A stretch of DNA of 64,000 nucleotides from positions 1 through 64,000 of the forward strand of contig CAWFAK010000010.1 in assembly GCA_963813715.1 (NCBI GenBank). Reading direction: 5' to 3'. The position numbers and the translations under genes are program-made. The notes under the pieces were generated by a model. The model was not told the origin of the DNA. It ran no database searches and was given only the letters and a program-made list of their open reading frames with translations. Origin of the DNA: an uncultured Planctomycetaceae bacterium (GTDB lineage: Bacteria; Planctomycetota; Planctomycetia; Planctomycetales; Planctomycetaceae). Shown piece after piece: positions 1 through 9,466 of the stretch; the first letter of the stretch is position 1; every line of letters begins with the position of its first letter.

Positions 1-1184
1 GAGGGTGTCCGGGAATTCAGAGGGCATCGGTGAGCCAACGAAGTCGTCCGTTGTTGTTTCCGCAGCGGTGGTTGTAGCGCACAAGCAATTGATACACGAA
101 GATGGCGGCAAGGATTCGAGTTTGGTTGTTGACGAGTCCGCGATGCCACGCACGCGTGTCCAGTTCAAGAGTGACTTCAACCAGCTGTTGAAGGGCTCGA
201 CCGTGCGGCTCGCCGTCGATAGAGGCGTCGCCCGGCGGCGCTCTCGAAGTACTTCTTTCTGGCTCGTCGCAGCTCGCGGCTGTGGGCCCGCGCCGCGTCG
301 GCCCCGCAGCGCTTGGTCTTTTTGCGAGGGTAGCGGGGATTTTCGGGACACAAGAAGCGACGGCCGGTCCGCCGCCCTGCCTGATCAAATTCGATGCGCT
401 CACCGAGGTAACCTGCGTCGTAGGCGCTATCCACTGAGACGCATTTCACTTCACGCGGTAAATGGTCAATTTTTTCCGCGAACGTTCGCACCTCCGCGGC
501 GCTCCCGGTTCCCACCGAAGCCAGCAGCGGAAACACCGTGTTTTTCCGCTTGCAAGAGACCACCACCTCGAAGCTGTAGCCGTAGACCCAGCCGTGATGT
601 TCGGAGTAGCCCCACGCCGCCTCGCGATCCACACCCCGGGGAATCTTCCCCTTTTCCTTTTCGTGCTTGTGCCACGGACGACCTCGGGCGGGAACCAGGC
701 TCTTGTCCACCGCGACCTGGCTGGCGTCGACGATCTGCTCCGCGATCGCTTGCTGCCCTTGCCGCTTGATGGCCTCCGTAAAGAGCCGATGACAGCGTCG
801 ATACCGACTGAAAAACGTGCTTCGCGAGGGAAACTGCTTTTCTCCGGTGAGGTCTCGAATCTGGCGCCGGTTTGCGCTGTCGGTTACGAAACGAAATTGG
901 GCGGACTTGGTCTTCTTTCGTTTCAGCACAGCCACCATAATCAACACTCCAACGAACCAGTCCGGAATGATCGGCTTTGCTCCCGGCCCTGTTCTCGGAC
1001 ATTGCCGCTCGGCTTCCCTCAAAAGCGGCATCGCCAGCTTGACCAACGCTTCCAACGACGTGCCGGCCTTGGCACGAGTTCCCATCCTTGGGCCCTCCCG
1101 CGGCGTTTAGTTTCTTCTTGGCAGAAAAAACATAAACGCCCGGAGGCCCTTGGGTTTAGCTCAATTCAATTCCCGGACACCCTC
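1..1184 (-). mobile_element. Insertion sequence, IS4/IS5-superfamily, 17-bp terminal inverted repeats
   Basis: 1-17 GAGGGTGTCCGGGAATT is the exact reverse complement of 1168-1184 AATTCCCGGACACCCTC; encloses a DDE transposase. Target duplication not visible because the window starts at the TIR. Confidence 0.9.
17..1085 (-). CDS. DDE transposase, two apparent frameshifts near ~210 and ~168
   Basis: VAVDKS and VSVDSAYD motifs in ORF 177-1085. Shifting frame restores YRRRSRTVEPFNSWLK (Y-R-E-K-like) and a C-terminus ending RWLTDAL, with the stop at 17-19 touching the TIR. Confidence 0.85.
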
Positions 1185-1338
1185 AAGCTCCCGCTGGGCC
1201 CGAGGAGAATGCCTGCCCGCCTAACTCATCTGCATCGCCACGATCACAGCGGATACAATAAAGGTGAGAAGTCCGCTTCTCGCACAATCTGAATGTCCGC
1301 ATGACGGAGGCGCTTAACGCGCCACAAGTTTCTTAACG

Positions 1339-1376
1339 AAAGCCGTCGCCTGTCTGGGCGATGGCTTTATTTGTTT
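1339..1376 (+). terminator. Intrinsic terminator-like hairpin upstream of the AAA ATPase gene
   Basis: AAAGCCGTCGCC-tgtctg-GGCGATGGCTTT (one G-U pair) followed by ATTTGTTT. Confidence 0.5.
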
Positions 1377-1427
1377 CGAAGCCTCCCGATGGGCGACGGC
1401 CGTCACCCAACCCAACTGGAGGTTCCC

Positions 1428-3152
1428 ATGGTGAACGGCACGGTCAACGAAAACGGAAACGGAAACGCTCCGGCCCTCGCCCCGGCACGATTCATGGTCG
1501 GCGGGCGGGCGTATGGCACCTACAAGGAGGCGGTCGAGGCGCAGGATCGGCGGTTCGAGGCCTTTCTGCGGTGCGGCGGCGTCGCTCCGGAGGAGGATCT
1601 GGCCCTCCGCGTGGTCCCCGACGACGCCGCGCCGGAGTCGTACAACCCGGAGCCGGCCTGGCCGATCTCGACTGCCGTCGATGAAGTCTTCGCCCAACGG
1701 TTCCCGCTCTTCACCGGCTCGCGCTCAATGCCGTCGCGCATGAGACTCGTTACCTGATCCCCGGCATCCTGGCGGCCGGACAGACGAGTGCGATGCTGGG
1801 GTCGTTCAAGACGCTGAAGACGTCGCTCGCCCTCGACCTGGCGATTGCGCTGGCCAGCGGCACGCCGTTTCTTGGTCGGTTCCCCGTGGCTGAGACCGGG
1901 CGGGTGCTCTTTCTGGCGGGCGACGCGGGACTCCCCGCGCTGCAGGCAAAGGCTCGGCGGATTTGCACGGCTCGCGGCTTGTCGCTGGCGGCGCTCGACA
2001 ATCTGGTGATCTCTCCCCACGTGCCGCGGCTCGACAGTCCGTTCGACATGATGGCGCTGGAAGAACTGCTGCTCGTGCAGAAGCCGCTCTTGCTCGTGAT
2101 CGATCCGGCCGACCTCGCGCTCGGCGGCAAATCTCGCGGCAAAGGCGATCCGGCCGACGTGCGGCAAATGTTGGGCGAGCTGACGCGGTTGGCCGATGCC
2201 GTCGGCTGCACCGTGCTCATCGTGCAGCACTCGAAACCGCCGCGACGGACTGGCGATCCGGCCACACTCGACGAATTGGCCGGCAACGGTCTGGCCGAGT
2301 GCGCCGGGCAGTGGCTGCTGGTCTCGCGGCGTCGGCCGTTCGCCGTCGGCGGCGGGCCGCACGAACTGTGGCTCACCACGGGCAACCGGCTCGGCGACCA
2401 GGGGCTGTGGGAAATCGACGTCGACGAAACGCTCGCGACGGACGAAAAGAGCACAACTGGCGCGAACGCCACGCCGCTGGCAGACGACCGTGCGGGAGGT
2501 CACGTCGTTCGACATGCGGGCCGACGAGCAGTGGGTGGCGGCGAACGCCGATCGGCATCTGCGTCGCCGGGCGCTGACGTTCGAGCGGCAGTGTCAGCGA
2601 ACGCTCGAAATGTTGACGGCGTTCCCCGACGGCTGCACGTGCCGCAACTTGCGGGACACGCTGGGCATGAGCGGCGACCGCATCAACCGCGTGCTCGACG
2701 GCCTGATCGAGCGGGGCGTCGTCGTGAAAACGGTGGACACCATCATCGACCGCCGCCGGCCGAAGATCACCTACAGCCGCGTGCAAGCCTTCGACCTGTC
2801 GGCCGAGGCACTCAAGTCGCGACCGGTGAAGCCCGATCCGAAAGTCTACGACGTGGCGACCGGCCAATTCGTCGAACGCCCGGCCCCGTCGCGTTGCCCG
2901 AACTTCGCGCAAATCCGCCGTGAGCTCGCCGCTCCGCGGCGTGCCCAAGTGTCGAACCGGGTCCGACTAGCGAATCACAGCCGAAGCCCGAGCCGGCGCC
3001 TGAACCGGCAAGCGGGACGGGACAAGCCAGCTGACGACTTTCGCCGGGGACGCGTGTCGGTCACGCGTCCGAGTCGTCGCCATCGAACGGAGCCAGTTGA
3101 GCGGAATCAGTCGAATCGAAAATCTGTTGTTGAAAACGCGCGTCGCTGCTGA
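1428..3152 (+). CDS. RecA/RepA-like AAA ATPase (AAA_25-like) with C-terminal winged HTH; frameshifts ~1720 and ~2445
   Basis: GGAGG RBS before ATG 1428; YLIPGILAAGQ..GSFKTLKTS Walker A; LLVIDP Walker B; VLIVQHSK motif; CRNLRDTLGMSGDRINRVLDGLIERGVV HTH-like segment. The 3' end is uncertain. Confidence 0.75.
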
Positions 3153-3206
3153 TTGCTAGCCGCGGCATCCGGAGACGATGCGCACCGCGAGCGATGCGTA
3201 TCGCGT

Positions 3207-3279
3207 GTGGCACTGGCGGCTCGTCCGCCAGTGGTTTTTTCGCGTCGGAAGACACTGGCGGACAAGCCGCCAGTGCCAC
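3207..3279. repeat. REPIN-like inverted pair (GTGG-type)
   Basis: GTGGCACTGGCGGCTCGTCCGCCAGTG (3207-3233) and its reverse complement with one mismatch (3253-3279); each arm is itself an imperfect hairpin. Confidence 0.75.
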
Positions 3280-3425
3280 CCGAAACCTCCATTTGGGGAT
3301 CTGGACCCAAAGGTCGGGACGGGATTGGTTGGGATGGGACACGTGTGACTAGGAACGGGACGGGATTGGTTTCCTTCGTCCCAGAGCGCTGTTTGGGACC
3401 AAGATCGAAAATCGATGGTGAAGCC

Positions 3426-3521
3426 CGTAGGGCAAGCTGCCAGCTTGCCCGGTGTCAACAGTTTCACAGGGATTGAAAGAGGGGACTGGAATCAGCGAGC
3501 AAGCTGGCAGCTTGCCCTACG
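3426..3521. repeat. REPIN-like inverted pair (GTAG-type)
   Basis: CGTAGGGCAAGCTGCCAGCTTGC (3426-3448) and its perfect reverse complement (3499-3521); GTAG followed by an internal palindrome. Confidence 0.85.
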
Positions 3522-3666
3522 AAACCGGGCGCGGTCGGGGAGCGGGACGGGATCGATTGCTGGCGGCGCACAGGGAAACTTCTGGGAGTCGGCCAGAATC
3601 ACACGCTCACCTACGTGGACGGGACCCTGACGCGAGTCAGCGGTGCCTCAATCCTCACGAGGGGAT

Positions 3667-3960
3667 TCACGTAGCGTGCGTAGTAGATTCCCCCACGCGC
3701 ACCATGCCCGGACCGTTGGCCACGAACCGGCGGATGGCTGACGGCGAATCGGCGCCGCTCATGATGGCGGCATATTCGGGAGGCAGCCGCCAATTGCGTT
3801 GAGTTCGTCGCCGCGGTTCGTGTTCGATCTGCAACTGGGCAAAGGCGTTGAGCGCAGTGTGCCAGCGGCGGCGGGCCCGCAGACGCGAGATCCAAAAAGG
3901 AATGGCTGCCGCGATTGCCGCGACGGCGAGAATTTCAAAGAGGGGAATTATGCGGATCAT
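3667..3960 (-). CDS. Small hypothetical single-TM membrane protein
   Basis: Hydrophobic N-terminal helix followed by basic RLRARRRW; a sigma54-type promoter lies ~60 bp upstream. Confidence 0.5.
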   Translation of the reverse strand: MIRIIPLFEILAVAAIAAAIPFWISRLRARRRWHTALNAFAQLQIEHEPRRRTQRNWRLPPEYAAIMSGADSPSAIRRFVANGPGMVRVGESTTHAT

Positions 3961-4021
3961 GTGTGGCCCGAAAACTGGCTGGTGTTCTCTGGAAGGTATT
4001 CGTCAATCCCTTGCCAATCTT

Positions 4022-4037
4022 GGCAAGAATTGTGCCG
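4022..4037 (-). promoter_or_regulatory. Putative sigma54 -24/-12 promoter
   Basis: Minus strand CGGCACAATTCTTGCC: GG-N10-GC with GGCAC and TTGC. Confidence 0.6.
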
Positions 4038-4132
4038 GGCCCGGACTGCTGGGCGTCAACTGAGGAGACACGGCTCTGCGCAGGAGGTTCGGCGCTCTGA
4101 CACCCGAGTCATCATAGAGCCGGCGGAAAAGT

Positions 4133-4170
4133 CAGGAAGAGAATTAGCCTGCTGGGCCAATTTTTTGCCC
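4133..4170. promoter_or_regulatory. Putative upstream activator sequence (tandem imperfect palindromes)
   Basis: CAGG-N11-CCTG-NN-GGGC-N9-GCC, same architecture as 8943-8980, ~100 bp upstream of the sigma54 element. Confidence 0.55.
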
Positions 4171-4301
4171 GGGTTTGCCTCGCCGGGCTTCAGTGCGAAT
4201 TCAGCGATTCAGTTCACGTTCAGGTAATCGGCTCACGCCCGTCCATTTCGGGAGGACCGCGCGGGAGTCGTGTCGGAAACAAATGGAAATTACTAAGCCG
4301 A

Positions 4302-7100
4302 TCAGGCGGGCGTGCCGACGCTGCCGGAGACCGCGACCGAACTCTGCAGCGCGGCGACCGACAGGCCGTCGACCGATTCGATCAAATCATGCGACAGCAG
4401 GGCGAGTTGCGGCACCAGGGTTCGGCATTCTTGCAAGCGGCTTTGCGCGGCACATTCTTCGAGCTGGGCGGCGAGGTTGCCGGCTTCAACCGAGAACGTG
4501 GCCAGCATCCCGCAGAGCTTATGCGCGGACTCGCGGAGGCGGGTTGCGTCCTGTTGCTCAAGTGCGCGTTCGAGCGTAGCCACGTGATCGGGCAGACGCG
4601 ATTGGAACGAATGACACATCTTCTGCAGCAGCGATTCATCACCACCGCAAGCCGCCAGAATGGTGGTCGCATCGAGGGCCACGGCCGGCGTCTGTTCGTC
4701 CTGCTCGGCAGCGGGCGTCTGCGCGTGTTGCAGACGGTCGATCGCCGCCCACAAATCATCGGCGCGAAACGGCTTGGTCAGGAACTCGTCCATGCCGGCG
4801 GCCAGGCAGCGGTCGCGATCTTCGCTGCGCGAACGCGCAGTGAGCGCGACGATTGGCAGGTGGCCGAGACTCTCGCGCTCGCGGCGGCGGATCTCCTCCG
4901 TCACCTCGAACCCGTCGAGCTCCGGCATGTGGATGTCCAACAGCAGCAGGTCGAAGGCCGAGTCACGGAGCATCGTCAACGCTTCGCGGCCGTTTTGCGC
5001 GAGCGACACATGATGGCCACGCCGCACCAGGAGCTGCTCGATCAGTTGGGCGTTGAAGTCGTTGTCTTCGGCCACCAGGACGCGGAGCGGACGGGCCGGC
5101 GCGGCCTCCAACTCGGACGCGACCGAATCGACATCGGGCAGCACGTGAGCGGGACGGCTCGCCCCCTCGGGCTGAATCTGGAAACGGGCCGTGAACGCGA
5201 AGGTGCTCCCTTTGCCGGGCGCGCTCGTCACCGAGATCGCGCCACCCATCAGCTCGACAAGCCGGGCGGCGATCGTCAAGCCGAGGCCGGTGCCGCCGTA
5301 CTTACGCGTTGTGGAGGTGTCCTCCTGCTCGAACGCCCGGAAGATCTTTTGCTGCTTTTCCGTCGGAATGCCGATACCCGTGTCCGCGACACAGAAGTGC
5401 AACACGGTGTCCCCGCCGGGCTGGGTGTCGGCGACCGCGACGCGGAGGGCAATTTCGCCCGTGTCGGTAAACTTGACGGCGTTACCCACCAGGTTGAGCA
5501 GCACCTGCCGCAGGCGGCCGGCATCGCCCAGAAGAGTGTCGGGGACGGCGGCGTCGACGTCGCAGGCGAATTGCAGTCCCTTCGCCTTGGCCCGCAGCTT
5601 GAGGGCCCGCAGAGTGTCGCACAGGGCGCTCCGTAGCGAGAACTCGGAAATGTCCAGCTCGAGCTTGCCGGCTTCGATCTTCGAGAAGTCAAGCAGGTCG
5701 TTGATCAGACCGAGGAGATTGTCGGCCGCCGACTTCACCGTTTTGAGGATTTGCCGCTGGTCGTTGGTGAGCTGCGTATCGAGGGCCAGGTCCGTCATGC
5801 CGAGGATGGCGTTCATCGGCGTGCGGATCTCGTGGCTCACGTTGGCGAGGAATTCGTCCTTGGCGCGGTTGGCGGCCTCCGCCCCCTCCTTCGCGTGCCG
5901 CAGCTCGTTCTCGATTTGCTTGAGATCGGTGACGTCGACGCGGCTGCCGGTGACGCGGATGGGTTTGCCGCCCTGATCGCGGGTAATGGTGCCGCGGGAC
6001 AGCATCCACCGCTCGGAGCCGTCCAAATGACGTGCGCGGTAGGCAACCTGGTAATCGTTGCCTGGCTCCGAAAGCTGCGCATCGATCTCCGAGAGGACAC
6101 GCGCGCGATCGTCAGGATGCACGGACGACATCCAGGCCGTCGACTCGACCGCGGCAGTCGGTTCCAACGTCGAGTCGGGAGGACGATGGCCCAATTGCTC
6201 CCACACGTTGATGAAGTGACCGCGGCCGCCAACGTACTCGCCGTCCTGCAGGTCCACCTCGAAAATGCCGACGTTCGACCCGCGCACGGCCGTGTTGAGC
6301 AGCGAGTTCGCGACGCGAAGCGCCTGGGCCGCTTTCTTCTTTTCCGAGATATCCTGCACGATCGACATTGTGTAGGCCGGAGCGCCGGACGGATCGCGAA
6401 ACAGCGAGACCGTGACGTTCGCCCAGGCAGTCGTGCCGTCCTTGCGGCGGAAATGTTTTTCGGTGGCGATGCTCGAGCAGTCGCCGCGCATCAGCCGCGA
6501 GTAGTGCTCGCCGTGAGTCGATTGCTCGTCGGGCACGGTGAAGTCGCAAAACGATTTCTCGAGCAGCTCGGGCTGCGTGTAGCCGAGGATGTCGCAGAAC
6601 TTCTGATTGACGCGGAACCAGCGTCCCTGCAGGTCGGCATGAGCGATGCCCACGGCCACGTTATCGAACATGCCGCGAAAGCGCTCTTCGCTGGCGCAGA
6701 GGGCTTCCTCCGCGCGGCGTCGCTCGTCGGCGACGATCCGGCGGCGCATGCGGTGCAACGACTCGCTCAGGCCGCTGATCACCGTTCCCACCAGAATGAA
6801 CAGCCCCAGGGCCACCGCCCCGTGTACGTTGCCCAGCTGGAAGCTAAACCGCGTCTCGCCCAAAAAGTAATGAGCGGCCAGCGCGCTCAGCACCGTCGAC
6901 AGCACACCAGGTCCAAAGCCGCCGTAATAGGCGCTGATCATGACGGCCGGGAAGAACGTCATGTGCGGCGCCTGATTTCCCAGGACCGGCCACAACGGCC
7001 ACCGCACAATGAGCGACAGCACCGTCACGCCCAGCGCAATGCCGTAGCGAAAGAGCGGCGACCGCTCGCGAGGGGAAATTGGAGTTCGAGTCGCCATCAT
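4302..7100 (-). CDS. Hybrid sensor histidine kinase (DUF4118-like TM, 2x PAS, HisKA, HATPase, REC, HPt)
   Basis: FLANVSHEIRTPMNAILG H-box; GGTGLGL; LLLLDIHMPELDG receiver; ESAHKLCG HPt-like. Start placed at MMATRT. Confidence 0.95.
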   Translation of the reverse strand: MMATRTPISPRERSPLFRYGIALGVTVLSLIVRWPLWPVLGNQAPHMTFFPAVMISAYYGGFGPGVLSTVLSALAAHYFLGETRFSFQLGNVHGAVALGLFILVGTVISGLSESLHRMRRRIVADERRRAEEALCASEERFRGMFDNVAVGIAHADLQGRWFRVNQKFCDILGYTQPELLEKSFCDFTVPDEQSTHGEHYSRLMRGDCSSIATEKHFRRKDGTTAWANVTVSLFRDPSGAPAYTMSIVQDISEKKKAAQALRVANSLLNTAVRGSNVGIFEVDLQDGEYVGGRGHFINVWEQLGHRPPDSTLEPTAAVESTAWMSSVHPDDRARVLSEIDAQLSEPGNDYQVAYRARHLDGSERWMLSRGTITRDQGGKPIRVTGSRVDVTDLKQIENELRHAKEGAEAANRAKDEFLANVSHEIRTPMNAILGMTDLALDTQLTNDQRQILKTVKSAADNLLGLINDLLDFSKIEAGKLELDISEFSLRSALCDTLRALKLRAKAKGLQFACDVDAAVPDTLLGDAGRLRQVLLNLVGNAVKFTDTGEIALRVAVADTQPGGDTVLHFCVADTGIGIPTEKQQKIFRAFEQEDTSTTRKYGGTGLGLTIAARLVELMGGAISVTSAPGKGSTFAFTARFQIQPEGASRPAHVLPDVDSVASELEAAPARPLRVLVAEDNDFNAQLIEQLLVRRGHHVSLAQNGREALTMLRDSAFDLLLLDIHMPELDGFEVTEEIRRRERESLGHLPIVALTARSRSEDRDRCLAAGMDEFLTKPFRADDLWAAIDRLQHAQTPAAEQDEQTPAVALDATTILAACGGDESLLQKMCHSFQSRLPDHVATLERALEQQDATRLRESAHKLCGMLATFSVEAGNLAAQLEECAAQSRLQECRTLVPQLALLSHDLIESVDGLSVAALQSSVAVSGSVGTPA

Positions 7101-7451
7101 CTGTACCAAAGGCCGCTTGTCCGCTCGCGGAGGCGATCCGGACCGGGCTGCGCTGGGCGGAGCAGCCATCGCGGGCGGCCGTCGGCCTTCCACCATTATT
7201 GCCAATCTCGGGACTGCCCAGCAGTCGAAAGGCCAGAATCGAGACGCTTCCCGGCACGCCACCCGTCCGGTGGGCGCGAAGGTCCGAGCTCCGGCAATGC
7301 ACGCTGCGTGCCGAACCGAACCCGCTTCGTTGCCAAAGGGTCCAGGCGCACTGGACAGCGTCCAGTTAGGACTCGAAAATTGATTGGTCTTGGGCCGCTA
7401 GTGCGGGCGGCCGGCCGAGTTCCCCCACGCATCTCCCCGGCGCCCGGACCC

Positions 7452-8905
7452 ATGACCCGACTCCTACTCGTCGACGACGATCCGGCCCTCATTCTCGACC
7501 AGATCGAGCATGTTTTCGGTCCCCGCGGCGTTGAGATTTCCGTCGCCGGAACCGGGCAGGAGGGGCTGCGGCAATTCGCACAGTTGCGGCCCGACGTCGT
7601 GCTGCTCGACTTGCGCCTGCCCGATCTCTCCGGGCTCGAGGTGTATCAGCAGATTCACCAGAGCGACGCGCGGACGCCCGTGGTGTTCATCACGGCGACG
7701 ACGACGGCCGAAACGGCCATCGAAGCCGTCAAACAGGGGGCCTTCGATTACCTGTTCAAGCCCGTCGATTTGAAGCAGCTCACGCACGTCGTCGGGCAGG
7801 CAATCGAGCTGGGCCGCTTGATGCGGGTGCCCGCGGTCGTCGCCGAGACGCCGCCGGACGACGTCGAAGGGGACGCGATCATCGGTCGCTGCCCGGCGAT
7901 GCGCGAAGTCTACAAGTCCATCGGCCGCGTCGCCGATCAAAACGTCATCGTGCTGATCGCGGGCGAGAGCGGCACGGGCAAAGAGCTGGTCGCCCGGGCT
8001 ATCTATCAGCACGGCTCGCGGGCGAAAGCCGCCTTCCTGGCGATCAACTGTGCGGCGATCCCGGAAAACCTGCTGGAAAGCGAGCTTTTCGGCCACGAAA
8101 AAGGGGCTTTTACCGGGGCCGACCGCCGGCGGATTGGCAAGTTCGAGCAGTCCAACGGGGGCACGATCTTCCTCGACGAGATCGGCGATATGCCGCTGGC
8201 CACGCAGGGCAAAATACTCCGGCTGTTGCAGAACCAAACGTTCGAGCGCGTCGGCGGGAACGAAACGATCCACACGGACGTCCGCGTGATTGCCGCGACG
8301 AATCGCGACCTCAAGGCAATGGCCGACGAAGGCCACTTTCGGCCCGATCTCTATTACCGGCTCAGCGTGTTTACGATCGCTCTGCCGCCATTGCGCGAGC
8401 GAGGCGAGGACCTGCCGATGCTGGTGCACCACTACGTGAACCGCTGCAACCGCGAGCTGGGTCGCGACATTCGGGAAGTCTCGCCCGAGGCGATGGCGCT
8501 GTTGGCCGCCTATTCGTGGCCGGGCAACGTCCGCGAGTTGCAAAGCGTGCTCAAGCAGTCACTGCTGCAGGCCAGCGGCACCGTGCTGGTTCCTGCGTTT
8601 CTGCCCGAATCGCTCACGCACGCCCAAGCAAACCGCGCCGCGCCAAGCGCGAACTTGATGGGGAAATCGACTTCGACGCCTTCATCCGGCAGCAGCTCGA
8701 GTCGGGGGCCACCGATCTCTACGGCCAGGCGCACGAAAAGCTCGACCGGATTCTGCTCCCCCTCGTGCTGCAGTTCACCGAGGGAAACCAGCACCAGGCC
8801 GCCCGCGTGTTGGGAATCGCCCGCCAGACCCTGCGGCAAAAACTGCGGGATTTAGGCCTCAGCATTTCCCATTCGGTCCAATCAGAAGAAAACGACCACG
8901 ACTGA
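7452..8905 (+). CDS. NtrC-family sigma54-dependent response regulator; frameshift ~8650
   Basis: LLLVDDD receiver; GESGTGKELVA; ESELFGHEKGAFTGA; WPGNVREL; Fis-type HTH GNQHQAARVLGIARQTLRQKL in the second frame. Confidence 0.95.
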
Positions 8906-8942
8906 CCGCGCCAGAATTCCCCGGCCCGAATTCGCTGGGGAA

Positions 8943-8980
8943 CAGGTAGCAATCTTGCCTGTCGGGCAACATTCCTGCCG
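8943..8980. promoter_or_regulatory. Putative upstream activator sequence (tandem imperfect palindromes)
   Basis: CAGGTAGCAATCTTGCCTGTCGGGCAACATTCCTGCCG; 24/38 identical to 4133-4170 without gaps (hand count). Confidence 0.55.
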
Positions 8981-9077
8981 TTTCCGAACCCGTCTCCATC
9001 CGCATTTCCCGCCGAAAACGTGCACGACTCTGCCGCAAAACGGTGTTCCGCCCTCTCCATGTCTCCTGCCGCGGCAT

Positions 9078-9093
9078 TGGCATGAGGGGTGCA
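9078..9093 (+). promoter_or_regulatory. Putative sigma54 -24/-12 promoter
   Basis: TGGCATGAGGGGTGCA (GG-N10-GC), 45 bp before ATG 9139 and downstream of a GAFTGA activator gene. Confidence 0.7.
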
Positions 9094-9138
9094 TTATGCT
9101 GTTGCCGCCCTTACGGAAATTTTGAAAGAGTCTTAGCC

Positions 9139-9387
9139 ATGAACGCCAAACAGCATGAGCCCAATGACGAGCGGACACTGCCGACCAATCCCGAGGCAGC
9201 CCTCGACGCCTTCGCGGCCGAGTTAACGGACGCCGCCTACCCGATCGCGCTCAAATACGGCGTATCCGGCTCGTCGGTCGACCTCGAGCTCGAAATCTGG
9301 AAAAAGTTCACGGAAATGGTCCGCGAGCGAGGCCGCGAGGTCCTGCGCACGCCGACTGCCAGCCGCGTCGGCGGCGCTCCCTGCTAA
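9139..9387 (+). CDS. Small hypothetical protein (82 aa), first gene of the sigma54 operon
   Basis: Helical-looking ORF (FAAELTDAAYPIALKYG..DLELEIW) between the promoter and the RND gene. Confidence 0.7.
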   Translation: MNAKQHEPNDERTLPTNPEAALDAFAAELTDAAYPIALKYGVSGSSVDLELEIWKKFTEMVRERGREVLRTPTASRVGGAPC

Positions 9388-9466
9388 GCCTACCGTGACG
9401 AATTGCCCCGCCCCTCATCAACTTGTGAATCCCCCGGCGCCGGCCTCCGGCCAGAATCGTTGAGCC

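Noticed and set aside
3200..3560. CRISPR array
   Set aside because: Repeats are inverted pairs or few and irregularly spaced; no cas genes.
5751..7451. Apparent 1034-aa ORF extending the NtrC gene upstream
   Set aside because: Antisense shadow of the kinase gene; the receiver domain begins at ATG 7452.
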